64,000 bases of DNA from an uncultured beta proteobacterium. GTDB taxonomy: Bacteria > Pseudomonadota > Gammaproteobacteria > Burkholderiales > SG8-39. The stretch lies in the NCBI GenBank assembly GCA_903859155.1, contig CAIOLO010000019.1:74472-138471 (forward strand), given 5' to 3'. Both the position numbers and the translations under genes were made by a program. Below are positions 1 to 9,059 of this stretch, piece by piece; positions within the stretch are counted from its first letter, which is position 1, and each line of letters begins with the position of its first letter. Under the pieces are notes generated by a model, which made no database searches, was not told where the DNA came from, and worked only from the letters and a program-made list of their open reading frames with translations.

Positions 1-1
1 A

Positions 2-982
2 ATGACCCGCCGCACAATGCCATGGTGGCGCAAAGGGCTGGTGTTGTGCTCCATGCTTGCCGCCTCCGCATCTGCCGTGGCGCAGAGCTATCCCTCCAAA
101 CCGGTGCGTATCGTCGTCGGGTTTGCTGCGGGCGGTTCGGTGGATGTGCTGGCGCGCATCGTCGGGCAGAAGCTGGGCGAGATCTGGGGCCAGTCGGTGA
201 TCGTGGAAAACCGCGTCGGTGCCGGCGGCAACATCGCCACCGAAGTCGTGGCGAAATCAGCCGCCGACGGCTATACGCTGCTGCTGCACACATCTGCAAT
301 CGCGGTGAACGTCAGCCTGTACAAGAACCTGCCCTTCGATACGCAGAAGGACCTGACGCCAGTCATGACCGTCGGTTCGACCAACGGCGTTTTCCTGGTT
401 CCGTCGTCCGTGCCGGCCCAATCGATCAAGGAAATGATTGCGCTGGCAAAGACCCAGTCTGGCAAGGTTTCCTATGCCACCACGGGCAACGGGTCATCCG
501 GGCACCTGTTCATGGCGCTGTTCATGACCCTCGCCGGAGTGGAGGCCGTGCACGTTCCCTACAAGAACATTTCGCAGATGTATACCGATCTCATCTCCGG
601 CCGCATTCAGATGTCGATCAACACCCTGCCGGGCGCGATACCCCACATCAATTCCGGCAAACTGCGGGCCCTGGCGGTCACCGGCAGCAGACGCGCGGAA
701 CTGTACCCGGACCTGCCCACCATGCAGGAGGCGGGCGTGTCAGGCTACGAGGCAAGCACCTGGTATGGTGCTTTCGCGCCGGCGGGAACCCCTGGTGCGG
801 TGATATCCCGAGTTCACGGCGACATCCAGCGCCTGCTCGGAATGGCGGATGTCCGGCAGCGCTTCGCCGCTGCGGGCCTCGATCCCCAGGGCGATACGCC
901 AGAGCAGTTCGCGAAGTATTTCCGCAATGAAATTGCAAAGTGGGCCAATGTCATCAAGGCCACCGGCATGCAGGTGGATTGA
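2..982 (+). CDS. Bug/TctC-family tripartite tricarboxylate transporter periplasmic substrate-binding protein (copy 1 of 10)
   Basis: 326-aa ORF. Signal peptide ends 'ASAVAQ' and is followed by the family-typical 'YPSKPVRIVVGFAAGGSVD'. Length and motif pattern are shared with nine paralogs in the window. Confidence 0.85.
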   Translation: MTRRTMPWWRKGLVLCSMLAASASAVAQSYPSKPVRIVVGFAAGGSVDVLARIVGQKLGEIWGQSVIVENRVGAGGNIATEVVAKSAADGYTLLLHTSAIAVNVSLYKNLPFDTQKDLTPVMTVGSTNGVFLVPSSVPAQSIKEMIALAKTQSGKVSYATTGNGSSGHLFMALFMTLAGVEAVHVPYKNISQMYTDLISGRIQMSINTLPGAIPHINSGKLRALAVTGSRRAELYPDLPTMQEAGVSGYEASTWYGAFAPAGTPGAVISRVHGDIQRLLGMADVRQRFAAAGLDPQGDTPEQFAKYFRNEIAKWANVIKATGMQVD

Positions 983-1082
983 TCGCGGCGCTGTGCCGCG
1001 GTACAGGGTTATGCGCAGTGAGGTACCGGTGGCGCGCAGGTTCGCCTGTCGTTTCTCTCGTTAATCGTCAGTGGGGTCAGCG

Positions 1083-2114
1083 ATGAAAAAAATTTCGTTC
1101 GAAGAGCACTTCTTTACCAACAGCCATCTCGATGCCCTGCGCGCGCACAAGGGCTATCCGCGGCTCGAAAAATTCACCGACCAGAATGGCAACACCGCAG
1201 ATCGTTTGATGCGCATGCCCGGCAGCTTCCAGGACATGTCTGCGACCATCGTCGGCCGCCTCCTCGATTTGGGCGAAGGTCGCGTGGCGGCGATGGACGC
1301 GGCGGGCATCGACATGCAGGTGCTCAGCATGGCAGGGCCGGGAATTGAAGAACTGGACCTGCCAACCGGGCGGGCGCTGGCAAAAGACATCAATGACGAA
1401 CTGGCCGAAGCCATCGCGCGCCGGCCGGATCGATTCACCGGCCTTGCAACGCTGGCCTATGGCGACCCTGAAGGCGCTGCGGCCGAACTCGAACGCGCCG
1501 TAACCAAGCTCGGTTTGAAAGGGGGCAAGCTCAACTCGCACCTTGCCGGGGAGTATTTGGACCACCGCAAATACCGGGTGCTCTGGGAGACCGCCGAGCG
1601 GCTTGGGGTGCCGATGATGCTGCACCCTAAGGATCCGCCCGCCGGCGTACTGACCGCCCTGGCGGATTATCCGGGGCTTACGCAGGCGGCCTGGGGTTTC
1701 GCCTTCGACGCGGCCACGCACTCTCTGCGGCTCATCGCCAGCGGACTTTTCGATGCCTGTCCAAAGCTGAAGATCGTGCTCGGACACCTGGGCGAATCGA
1801 TTCCATTCTGGCTGTGGCGCATCGACAACCATTGGACCCGGTCGCCGATGACCGTCGCGCTGCAGCGCCGGCCGAGTGAATATTTCCTCGACAACTTTCT
1901 GGTCAGCACCAGCGGGATGTTTCACGACCCGCAGTTTCAGTGCGTCTACCAGACGCTCGGGGCGGACCGGATCATGTTTGCAGTGGACTACCCCTACGAG
2001 GCCATGGAGCAGGGCGCGCGCTTCATCGAAGGCATCGTCATCCCGGAGGGCGACAAGCGCAAGATCTGCAGCGGTAACGCGGAGAAATTGCTGGGCCTGA
2101 AGTCCGTTGAGTAG
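1083..2114 (+). CDS. Amidohydrolase-2 family non-oxidative decarboxylase-like protein (gamma-resorcylate / 2,3-dihydroxybenzoate decarboxylase, LigW-like)
   Basis: ORF 1071..2114; ATG at 1083 preferred. N-terminal 'KISFEEHF' metal-ligand motif, 'MLHP', 'LGHLGE' and 'FAVDYPY' match the ACMSD/gamma-RSD superfamily pattern as I remember it. Confidence 0.7.
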   Translation: MKKISFEEHFFTNSHLDALRAHKGYPRLEKFTDQNGNTADRLMRMPGSFQDMSATIVGRLLDLGEGRVAAMDAAGIDMQVLSMAGPGIEELDLPTGRALAKDINDELAEAIARRPDRFTGLATLAYGDPEGAAAELERAVTKLGLKGGKLNSHLAGEYLDHRKYRVLWETAERLGVPMMLHPKDPPAGVLTALADYPGLTQAAWGFAFDAATHSLRLIASGLFDACPKLKIVLGHLGESIPFWLWRIDNHWTRSPMTVALQRRPSEYFLDNFLVSTSGMFHDPQFQCVYQTLGADRIMFAVDYPYEAMEQGARFIEGIVIPEGDKRKICSGNAEKLLGLKSVE

Positions 2115-2178
2115 CAGCCCGCCCAGGGGCCGCTGATTTTCGGGATCAAGGCATATTTTTATTGATTGGAGATGAGAA

Positions 2179-3609
2179 ATGGCGTTCAAGGATTTGCGGG
2201 ACTTTGTCGCGCGGCTGGAAAAAGAAGGCGAACTGAAAACATTCAAGGAGGAAGTGGACTGGAACCTGGAAGCAGGTGCCATTACGCGCCGCGCCCTTGA
2301 GACCGGATTGCCGGCGCCGTTTTTCGAAAAGGTCACCGGCTATCCGCAGGGCTACCGGCTGACAAGCTCGGTGCTTGCCAACGTCAAGCGCATTGCGATC
2401 GCGATGGACATGAACGTGGAAACGCCGATGCGGGAACTCATCGAAGAGTATCTGCGCCGCCAGAAAAAGCCGATCAAGCCCGTGACGGTCAAGACCGGTG
2501 CGTGCAAGGAAAACATTCTTCTTGGCGACAAGGCCGACCTGCTGAAGTTTCCGGTGCCATTCATCCATGACGGCGACGGCGGCCGGTATCTGGGCACCTG
2601 GCACCTGACTGTCACCAAGGACCTGGACAGCGACTGGCAGAACTGGGGCATGTATCGCCACATGCTGCACGACAGCCACTCCTTCGGCGTGCTCGCGCCT
2701 TCACCGAAGCACCTGGGCATCATGGCCGACCAGAAGTACGGCGCCAAGAACATCGGCATGCCGGTGGCCGTGGTCATCGGTACCGAGCCGATCTGCACCT
2801 TCTGCGCCGCTACGCCGCTTCCCTACGGCGTCTCGGAGGTGGACGTGGCCGGCGGACTGCGCGGCCAACCGGTGGAGATGGTGAAGTGCGAAACCAGCGA
2901 CCTGATGGTGCCCGCCCATGCGGAGATAGTTGTCGAAGGCGAAATCATGCCCGGTGACAGCAAGGACGAGGGGCCCTTTGGCGAGTACACCGGCTATCGC
3001 TCCGGCGCGGCCAGCCCCAAACCGGTCATCCGCGTCAAGGCGATCACCCACCGCAACAACCCGATTTTCACTTTCTCCTGCCCCGGGGTTCCGCTGGACG
3101 ATTCGGCGTCGGTGTTCTCGGTCAACAAGAGCGCCCAGTTCCTCGACGAGCTGCGCTCCAAGGGCCTGCCGGTCACCGGAGCCTACCTGATCGTCGAAGG
3201 CGCGAGCCATGCGATCGCCGTGTCGGTGAAGAACGCCTACTACGGCATCGCCGGAGAAATTGCGCACGTCATCTGGAGCGCGCGCCACGGGCTTCTGACC
3301 CCGAGCGTGATCGTGGTGGAAGACGACGTCGATCCGTGCAACCTGCAGCAGGTGTTCCACGCGCTGATGACCAAGTGCCACCCCGGGCGCGGCATCAACA
3401 AGATCGATCATGCCACCGCCTGGCCGCTGATTCCCTGGCTGAGCGAGTACGAGCGCGAGCATCGCATCGGCGCACGCGTGTATTACGACTGCACCTGGCC
3501 GGTGGAATGGCCCCTCGCGGACCGGCCGGTACGCCAGTCATTCAGCGAGTGCTATTCGAAGGAAGTGCAGGAGAAGGCGCTGGCGAAGTGGCGCGCGCAG
3601 GGTTATTGA
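2179..3609 (+). CDS. UbiD-family (prFMN-dependent) decarboxylase, copy 1
   Basis: 476 aa. N-terminus 'FKDLRDFVARLEKEGEL', 'NWGMYR' Arg motif and 'EGPFGEYTGY' acid-base motif. Confidence 0.85.
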   Translation: MAFKDLRDFVARLEKEGELKTFKEEVDWNLEAGAITRRALETGLPAPFFEKVTGYPQGYRLTSSVLANVKRIAIAMDMNVETPMRELIEEYLRRQKKPIKPVTVKTGACKENILLGDKADLLKFPVPFIHDGDGGRYLGTWHLTVTKDLDSDWQNWGMYRHMLHDSHSFGVLAPSPKHLGIMADQKYGAKNIGMPVAVVIGTEPICTFCAATPLPYGVSEVDVAGGLRGQPVEMVKCETSDLMVPAHAEIVVEGEIMPGDSKDEGPFGEYTGYRSGAASPKPVIRVKAITHRNNPIFTFSCPGVPLDDSASVFSVNKSAQFLDELRSKGLPVTGAYLIVEGASHAIAVSVKNAYYGIAGEIAHVIWSARHGLLTPSVIVVEDDVDPCNLQQVFHALMTKCHPGRGINKIDHATAWPLIPWLSEYEREHRIGARVYYDCTWPVEWPLADRPVRQSFSECYSKEVQEKALAKWRAQGY

Positions 3610-3654
3610 TCACTTCATCAACCGCAAACGCGATTCGGGAGCGAAACCGGACGA

Positions 3655-3688
3655 TTTAAAACTCTCAGGACGCGGAACGTCGCGTCCT
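3655..3688 (-). terminator. Candidate intrinsic terminator for the minus-strand operon ending at 3688
   Basis: 8-bp stem AGGACGCG/CGCGTCCT (3667-3674 / 3681-3688). On the minus strand it is followed by GAGAGUUUUAAA. It sits between convergent genes. The U-tract is separated from the stem by 5 nt, so the call is only moderate. Confidence 0.4.
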
Positions 3689-4650
3689 CAATCGGCGACG
3701 AGCACGAACTTGCAACGCGCGCCGCGATGCAGTTCGCCGTAGGTTTCGACCCCTCGTACCAAGGGGCGTTCCTCCATGCCGCTCGGTGGCGTGAGCTGTC
3801 CGGCGTCGAACGCCGGCTGCAGGCGCGACAGGATTGCGGCGCAGTCGGTCGCGCTCAAGAGCAGTGAATTGATGCCGACGATGCTGCCCGCGCGCCGGTA
3901 CAGATCGCGCGTCGGCACGTTGACCATGCCGTCGCCGTGCGCGACGATGATGGCGACGCGCCCGTAGGGTGCCAGGACCGCAATGGCTTCGGCCAGGCAG
4001 GAGCCGGTGGTGTCGAACACCACGTCAAAGCCGCTGCCCAGGGTCGCTTTTGCGGAATTGGCGAGGCTTTCGCCCGGAGCCATCAGCACCGTCGGCACTC
4101 CCTGCGCCTGGAGCGCGGAGGCCTGGCCGGGTTTTCTTACCGCAGCGGTAACTTCGGCGCCCAGCCACCGGGCCAGGGTGAGCGCAGCGCTGCCGACGCC
4201 GCCGGCTGCGCCGATGACGAGCAGGCGGCACTCCTTGCCCACACCGCAGCGCTGGAGGGCGCTCCAGGCGGTCGTATAGGGCACCCCGCAAGCCGCCGCC
4301 TGGGAAAACGACAGTGACTCTGGTTTGAGTGCGACCCCGCCTGTCGGGGCGGTGATGAACTCCGCGTGGCTGCCGTTGCGGGTGAAGCCGAATTCCTTGC
4401 CGGTGCCCCACACGGCGCGGCCGGCGAACTCAGGCGGCCCCTCGATGACGATGCCGGAGAAATCCCTGCCGGGCGTGCGCGGCAGCGTGGTGTAGGGATG
4501 CTTGCCCAGGACATTGGATACATCGCTGGTGTTCAGCCCCGCAGCAGCGACGCGCACCAGCACTTCGTCTGTGCCTGCCTTCGGCCGCGGGCGCTCGATC
4601 AGTTCGAGCTCGGCGAGCGTACCCGTGACATTGAACTGCAGTGCCTTCAC
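3688..4650 (-). CDS. Zn-independent MDR-family NAD(P)H:quinone oxidoreductase-like protein
   Basis: 320 aa. GroES-like N-terminal domain ('EVLVRVAAAGLN') and Rossmann motif 'GAAGGVGSAA'. It is the last gene of the 8909->3688 operon. Confidence 0.7.
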   Translation of the reverse strand: MKALQFNVTGTLAELELIERPRPKAGTDEVLVRVAAAGLNTSDVSNVLGKHPYTTLPRTPGRDFSGIVIEGPPEFAGRAVWGTGKEFGFTRNGSHAEFITAPTGGVALKPESLSFSQAAACGVPYTTAWSALQRCGVGKECRLLVIGAAGGVGSAALTLARWLGAEVTAAVRKPGQASALQAQGVPTVLMAPGESLANSAKATLGSGFDVVFDTTGSCLAEAIAVLAPYGRVAIIVAHGDGMVNVPTRDLYRRAGSIVGINSLLLSATDCAAILSRLQPAFDAGQLTPPSGMEERPLVRGVETYGELHRGARCKFVLVAD

Positions 4651-4656
4651 TGCGGC

Positions 4657-4887
4657 CTACTTCTGCCGCCGCAGCGGGGGAATGGGGGGTTTGTCGCTCA
4701 TCTGGCGAATTCTCTCATCGTTGAGTTTGAAGTCGGGGTCATAGAGATCCGGCCGGATGACTTCTTCTTCCTCGGTACTGCGCCAGACGAAGAAGCAGCG
4801 CGGGCAGCGGTACAACTCCCAGGCGCCCTTTTCGGGCGACTCGAAGAACTGAAAGGCCGTGGCATCGTCGCAGCGGGGGCATATCAT
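4657..4887 (-). CDS. Hydroxyarylic acid decarboxylase small subunit D (BsdD/VdcD/ShdD family)
   Basis: 76 aa. 'CPRCD...GAWELYRCPRCFFVWRS...DPDFK' matches the four-Cys Zn-ribbon pattern of BsdD-type subunits. The start overlaps the stop of the C subunit (ATGA at 4884-4887). Confidence 0.8.
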   Translation of the reverse strand: MICPRCDDATAFQFFESPEKGAWELYRCPRCFFVWRSTEEEEVIRPDLYDPDFKLNDERIRQMSDKPPIPPLRRQK

Positions 4888-6296
4888 GGCTTGGCCATCC
4901 TTTTCTGGATCTCTTCTATCCAGAACGGCACGCCGGTGGGGATCACCACGCTGGCCGCGTCGGACAGGGGGATATCGGGATAGGCGGGTCTGGCGGCATC
5001 GATGATGATCTTGGTGCCCAGACCACGCACCAGGTGCGCCGGGTCGAGCGTCGAGGCGGGTGCGTTGGGAATGATCACCAGATCGCGTTCGGGCCGGAAA
5101 CGCACCGTCATCGCCCAGATCACCTGGTTGAGATCGAACGGATCGACATCTTCGTCAACGATGATGATGATCTTGGGATAGGTGACCCCGTGCGGCGTGG
5201 AGAGCAGCCTGCATCCGAGCGTCTTGGCGAAGCCGCCAAAGCGCATCTTCGCCGAGATGATGGTGCAATAGCCGTGCGTGTACATGGCGTTGACCGCCTC
5301 GACCTCGGCAAAGTCCGCCTTCATCTGCTTGTAGATGGTGGCGCAGGTGTTCAGGCCCTGCAGGTAGTCGATTTCGGTCCAGGGTTCGCCGGTGTAGAGA
5401 TTTTCGAAAATCAGCGTGTCGCGCCGCCGCGTGATGGTATCGACCTCGATTTCCACCTGCATCATGGAAGTGGAATAGGAGCCCGGATACTCGGCAAACG
5501 GCCCTTCGATAAAGCGCTTGCGCGGCGTGATGGCGCCTTCGATGACGATCTCGGCATGGGCCGGAACGTCGAGGTCGCCATGTTCGGAGGCGACCGTCTC
5601 CAGGGCCTCGCCGCGGATTGCGCCCATCATCGAGTATTCGTCCTCGTTGTACTTGAGCGGCGAGACGGCGACGAAAGGCACTGACGGGTCGTTCGAGATC
5701 GACACCGCGACGCGCAGCGGCTGATTGATCTCCTCGGCCTTGCGCAGGAATATCGCGAGGTCGTGCTGCGCCGAGATCTGGATGCCCAGGCGCTTGTGGT
5801 CTTTCACCTGCATGCGGTACATGCCGACGTTCTGGTTCGAAGGATCTTCGGGGTCGCGGGCGGCGACGCAGGCCTTGGACAGGTAAAACCCGCCGTCCAT
5901 GGGATTGACGCGGAACAGCGGCAGTTCCTTGAACAGGCTGAAGTCATCCTTGAGAATGACCTGCTTCACCGGCGCATTGGTGATGCGCTTCGGTTTCAAG
6001 GGGTAGCGGTCCCAGCGGCGCAGAATCTCGAAGAACTGCGCTTTCACCGGGGTGTGCTTGGGCATCTCCAGCGATAGCGCGTGATTCGCCCAGGAACCAT
6101 GCACGTTCATCGCAATCTGCTTGTCGGGATAACCGCGCAGCTTTTCAAACAGTATCGCCGGACCTGTGGCGGATTTGGTTGCAGCGCAGGCGATGGTGCG
6201 CACATCGGGTTCGAGGCTGACCTCTTCCTTGATGCGCAGCAGTTGTCCCTCTTCCTCGAGGCGGCGCAGGAAGTCTCTCAGGCTGTTGTAGGCCAT
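4884..6296 (-). CDS. Hydroxyarylic acid (4-hydroxybenzoate/vanillate/protocatechuate-type) decarboxylase subunit C, UbiD family, copy 2
   Basis: 470 aa. Near-colinear with Bacillus BsdC as I remember it ('MAYNSLRDFL..EEEGQLL', 'IAMNV.GSW.NHA', 'QNVGMYRMQVK', 'EGPFAEY', 'VNAMYTHG', 'VDEDVDPF'). Confidence 0.85.
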   Translation of the reverse strand: MAYNSLRDFLRRLEEEGQLLRIKEEVSLEPDVRTIACAATKSATGPAILFEKLRGYPDKQIAMNVHGSWANHALSLEMPKHTPVKAQFFEILRRWDRYPLKPKRITNAPVKQVILKDDFSLFKELPLFRVNPMDGGFYLSKACVAARDPEDPSNQNVGMYRMQVKDHKRLGIQISAQHDLAIFLRKAEEINQPLRVAVSISNDPSVPFVAVSPLKYNEDEYSMMGAIRGEALETVASEHGDLDVPAHAEIVIEGAITPRKRFIEGPFAEYPGSYSTSMMQVEIEVDTITRRRDTLIFENLYTGEPWTEIDYLQGLNTCATIYKQMKADFAEVEAVNAMYTHGYCTIISAKMRFGGFAKTLGCRLLSTPHGVTYPKIIIIVDEDVDPFDLNQVIWAMTVRFRPERDLVIIPNAPASTLDPAHLVRGLGTKIIIDAARPAYPDIPLSDAASVVIPTGVPFWIEEIQKRMAKP

Positions 6297-6297
6297 G

Positions 6298-6654
6298 TCA
6301 GATGGGGGTGAAAAGCGCGGCGTGCGGCCGGCTTTCCATCAGTTCTGCAAGCTTTTTGACGCTGCCGTAGTGGATGCAACTCGCCTGGCAATGCTTGACG
6401 CAGGACGGGGATTCCCCGTCGTTCGTCCGGGACTTGCACAGGTTGCAGTACATGGTGGGAAACGGCAGGTAATCGATGCGCAGGGACTTGTCGGGCCGCT
6501 CGGTGAGGAACTCGGTGAGTTTGAGGCCGCCGCGCCCTACCGGGTAATTATGTTCCTGCTTGCAGGCGATTTCGCAGGAATGGCAGCCGGTGCAGTATTC
6601 ATAATCGATCAGCAGGCCCATGCGTTTCACAGGTTTTTTGGCTGTGGCGTTCAT
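6298..6654 (-). CDS. Small 2x[4Fe-4S] ferredoxin-like subunit (mini DmsB-type)
   Basis: 118 aa. 'CTGCHSCEIAC' (CxxCxxCxxxC) plus 'CNLC..x11..CVKHCQASC'. ATGA overlap with the upstream Mo enzyme (6651-6654) and a 1-nt gap to the downstream UbiD gene. Confidence 0.7.
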   Translation of the reverse strand: MNATAKKPVKRMGLLIDYEYCTGCHSCEIACKQEHNYPVGRGGLKLTEFLTERPDKSLRIDYLPFPTMYCNLCKSRTNDGESPSCVKHCQASCIHYGSVKKLAELMESRPHAALFTPI

Positions 6655-8909
6655 ACGGTGGCTTCCTCATCCTTGACCTTGTAGACCTTGCACAACATCG
6701 TCTTGGTGGCCGCGCCGCCGAAGCCGGAAGTGCTCTGTTCGCCCATTGGGATGAGCTGGTTCACGTTGAGATCCCATACGCCGTAGAAATTGGGCGAGGT
6801 GCCGTCAGTCTCCGGCAGCCACCAGCCATGCAGGGCGTGGATCATCTGGCGGTGCATGGTCGGTGTGAGCCTGGCGCGGCGCTTGACCTTGCCGCGCACG
6901 CCTTCAATCCACACCATGTCGCCGTCCTTGATGCCCAGTGGCGCGGCGGTCTCGGGATGCATTTCCATTTCCGGAAAAGGCGACAGTTCGCGCAGCCAGG
7001 GAATCTGCCGGTGCTCGCTGTGGAAGAACGCGCTGTTGCGCCGGCCCGTGATCATGATCAGAGGGTATTTCTCCCAAATCTCGGGTGTGCTCAGCGGACT
7101 CTCGATGGGTTCGCGGTGATAGGGCAGCGGATCCAGGCCGTACTTCTCGTAGTTGGTGCAGTACAACTCGACCTTGCCGGTGTTGGTTCTGAAGCCGGGC
7201 TGGCCGTCGGGCCGCAACTGCCCCTTCTCATGGCGGCGGTATGGCACGGTGCCGGACTTGTGGTTCTTCGGCGCCATCGTCCAGGACTGCTCGGCAAGCT
7301 GCTCGAAAGTGAGACCCGTAGCCTTGAGCCGGAGTGTCATCAGCTCGCGCACGTTGGCCCAGGGGACGGCTTGGGGATTAAGGCGCTTGGCCAGTTCGAA
7401 GTTGATTTCCCAGTCGGAGCGGCACTCGCCGACTTGAATGACTTTCTGGATCGCGTTGATCGGCACGCCGGTGGTGAACACCGAATCCTTCTCCGGGAAA
7501 CTGCCCGCCGGAAGGATGATGTCGGCAATTGCCTGCGCCGTTGGCGTCATGAAGGTGTCGACCACCACGTTGAACTCGAGCTTGCGCACCGCTTCGTAGT
7601 GGCGCTTGGGGTCCTGGGCTGTGTTGGCGAGAAAATTGTTCGTCTGGCACCACAGGCCCTTGATCGGGTAAGGCTTCTGCGTTTCCATCTGCTCGAGCAC
7701 CATGTCCGAGAGGGCCCAGGCACGGAAGTTCTTGACCAGCGGAAAGCGGTCCGCGCCGATGCGTTTCTTGGTGAGGTTGGCAACGAACTCCTCGCCGTAG
7801 AGATCGATAACCTCCTGCGTCGAGTACGGGTAGATGGTGACCCCGAAAGGCGGGCGGGTGATGACGTTGCCGCCGGGGATGTCGATGTTGCCGGTAATGG
7901 CCCACAGGCAGTTGAGCGCGTGTATGGTGCTGGTCGCTTCGCGGTTGCTGTCAAGGGGCTGGCCGAAGCGCATCCCCGCCGGCTTGGCCGTGGCATACAT
8001 GCGCGCGGCCTTGACGATCTTTTCCGCCGGCACCCAGGTGATCGCGGCGGCCTTTTCCGGTGTGTATTCCTGCACGCGCTGCTTCAGTTCCTCGAAGCCG
8101 TGCGTCCACTTGGTGACGAACTCCTTGTCGTAGAGGTTCTCGTTGATGATGACGTTGAGCATGGCCAGCGCCAGCGCGCCGTCGGTGCCCGGGCGGATCT
8201 GCAGCCACAGCTCGGCGCGCGAGGCTTCCCAGGAGCACACCGGGTCGATGACGATGAGCTTGGTGCCGCGCTTCATCATGTCCACGGCCCAGTGGCCGGA
8301 GAAGTAATGGTCGGTGCAGCCGCTGCCCGCAAGATTGCGCGCCCAGGACACCAGCACCTCCGGTGCCTTCCATTCCGGATCGTCGTAGCGCTGCGGCGAG
8401 AACTGCGCGGCATCGGGGAAGGTGAAATCACCCATCACCATCGACATCGCCGCCAGGCGCGGCGTGAAACAGGAAATGCCCGACAGTCCGAACAGCGTCC
8501 AGTTCGGGCTGCCATAGGCATACGCCAGGAAAATGATGTAGCCGCCGGCGTCACGCCCGGTACCCTGCCCGAATACCATGGATTCAGGGCCGTATTTGTC
8601 GCGGATGGTGCGCATCTTGTCCTCGCAGGTATCGAGCGCCTCGTCCCAGGAGATGCGTGCCCACTTGCCTTCACCGCGCGCCCCGACCCGTTTCATCGGG
8701 TACTGCAGGCGATCCGGGTGATAGATGTACTGCGTGAGCGCCAGCGCTCGAGGGCACAAGCGTCCCTGCAAATAGGGATGATCCTCATCGCCCTCGCATT
8801 TGGTCAGCTTGCCATCCTTGATGGTCACTTTGACCCCGCAACCGCCGTGACAGCCCGGACCGGCGGACCAGGCCCCCATCCTGACAACGCGTTCGCCCAT
8901 TTCGCCCAT
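6651..8909 (-). CDS. Cytoplasmic molybdopterin (bis-MGD, DMSO reductase superfamily) enzyme, acetylene-hydratase-like
   Basis: The ORF runs to 9251, but ATG 8909 has the RBS GAGGGAGG 7 nt upstream and family homology starts there ('MGAWSAGPGCHGGCGVKV...LCPR' Fe-S domain). Other family features: 'LQYPMKRVG.RGEGKW.RISWDEAL', 'GTDGALALAMLNVIINENLYDKEFV', 'TPTAQ.ADIILP'. No twin-arginine signal. Confidence 0.8.
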   Translation of the reverse strand: MGEMGERVVRMGAWSAGPGCHGGCGVKVTIKDGKLTKCEGDEDHPYLQGRLCPRALALTQYIYHPDRLQYPMKRVGARGEGKWARISWDEALDTCEDKMRTIRDKYGPESMVFGQGTGRDAGGYIIFLAYAYGSPNWTLFGLSGISCFTPRLAAMSMVMGDFTFPDAAQFSPQRYDDPEWKAPEVLVSWARNLAGSGCTDHYFSGHWAVDMMKRGTKLIVIDPVCSWEASRAELWLQIRPGTDGALALAMLNVIINENLYDKEFVTKWTHGFEELKQRVQEYTPEKAAAITWVPAEKIVKAARMYATAKPAGMRFGQPLDSNREATSTIHALNCLWAITGNIDIPGGNVITRPPFGVTIYPYSTQEVIDLYGEEFVANLTKKRIGADRFPLVKNFRAWALSDMVLEQMETQKPYPIKGLWCQTNNFLANTAQDPKRHYEAVRKLEFNVVVDTFMTPTAQAIADIILPAGSFPEKDSVFTTGVPINAIQKVIQVGECRSDWEINFELAKRLNPQAVPWANVRELMTLRLKATGLTFEQLAEQSWTMAPKNHKSGTVPYRRHEKGQLRPDGQPGFRTNTGKVELYCTNYEKYGLDPLPYHREPIESPLSTPEIWEKYPLIMITGRRNSAFFHSEHRQIPWLRELSPFPEMEMHPETAAPLGIKDGDMVWIEGVRGKVKRRARLTPTMHRQMIHALHGWWLPETDGTSPNFYGVWDLNVNQLIPMGEQSTSGFGGAATKTMLCKVYKVKDEEATV

Positions 8910-8940
8910 AGCTTTGCCTCCCTCTGATATTGCCCTGCGG

Positions 8941-8960
8941 TTCGCCGCATCATCGGCGAA
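8941..8960. promoter_or_regulatory. Inverted repeat TTCGCCG-N6-CGGCGAA in a divergent intergenic region (candidate operator)
   Basis: Perfect 7-bp arms read directly. It lies about 30 bp upstream of the Mo-enzyme start codon, between divergent genes 8909(-) and 9060(+). Confidence 0.25.
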
Positions 8961-9059
8961 CAGGGGGCGGGCTACCTTGATCCATGTCAACGAAGCGGGA
9001 GGCGCCCGCGGCGCGGTGTGCGTACACTGTGGCGCTTGCCACAGGTGAGGACGAATACC

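Noticed and set aside
6828-8927. 699-aa plus-strand ORF. Similar long antisense ORFs occur at 13021..14760, 17675..19291, 43556..45823, 52409..54907, 34117..35625, 32440..33405, 30116..31024 and 22372..23133.
   Set aside because: All lie antisense to ORFs with clear family motifs. Their translations are Arg/Ala/Gly/Pro-rich low-complexity strings typical of shadow frames in high-GC DNA. None has a recognisable motif.
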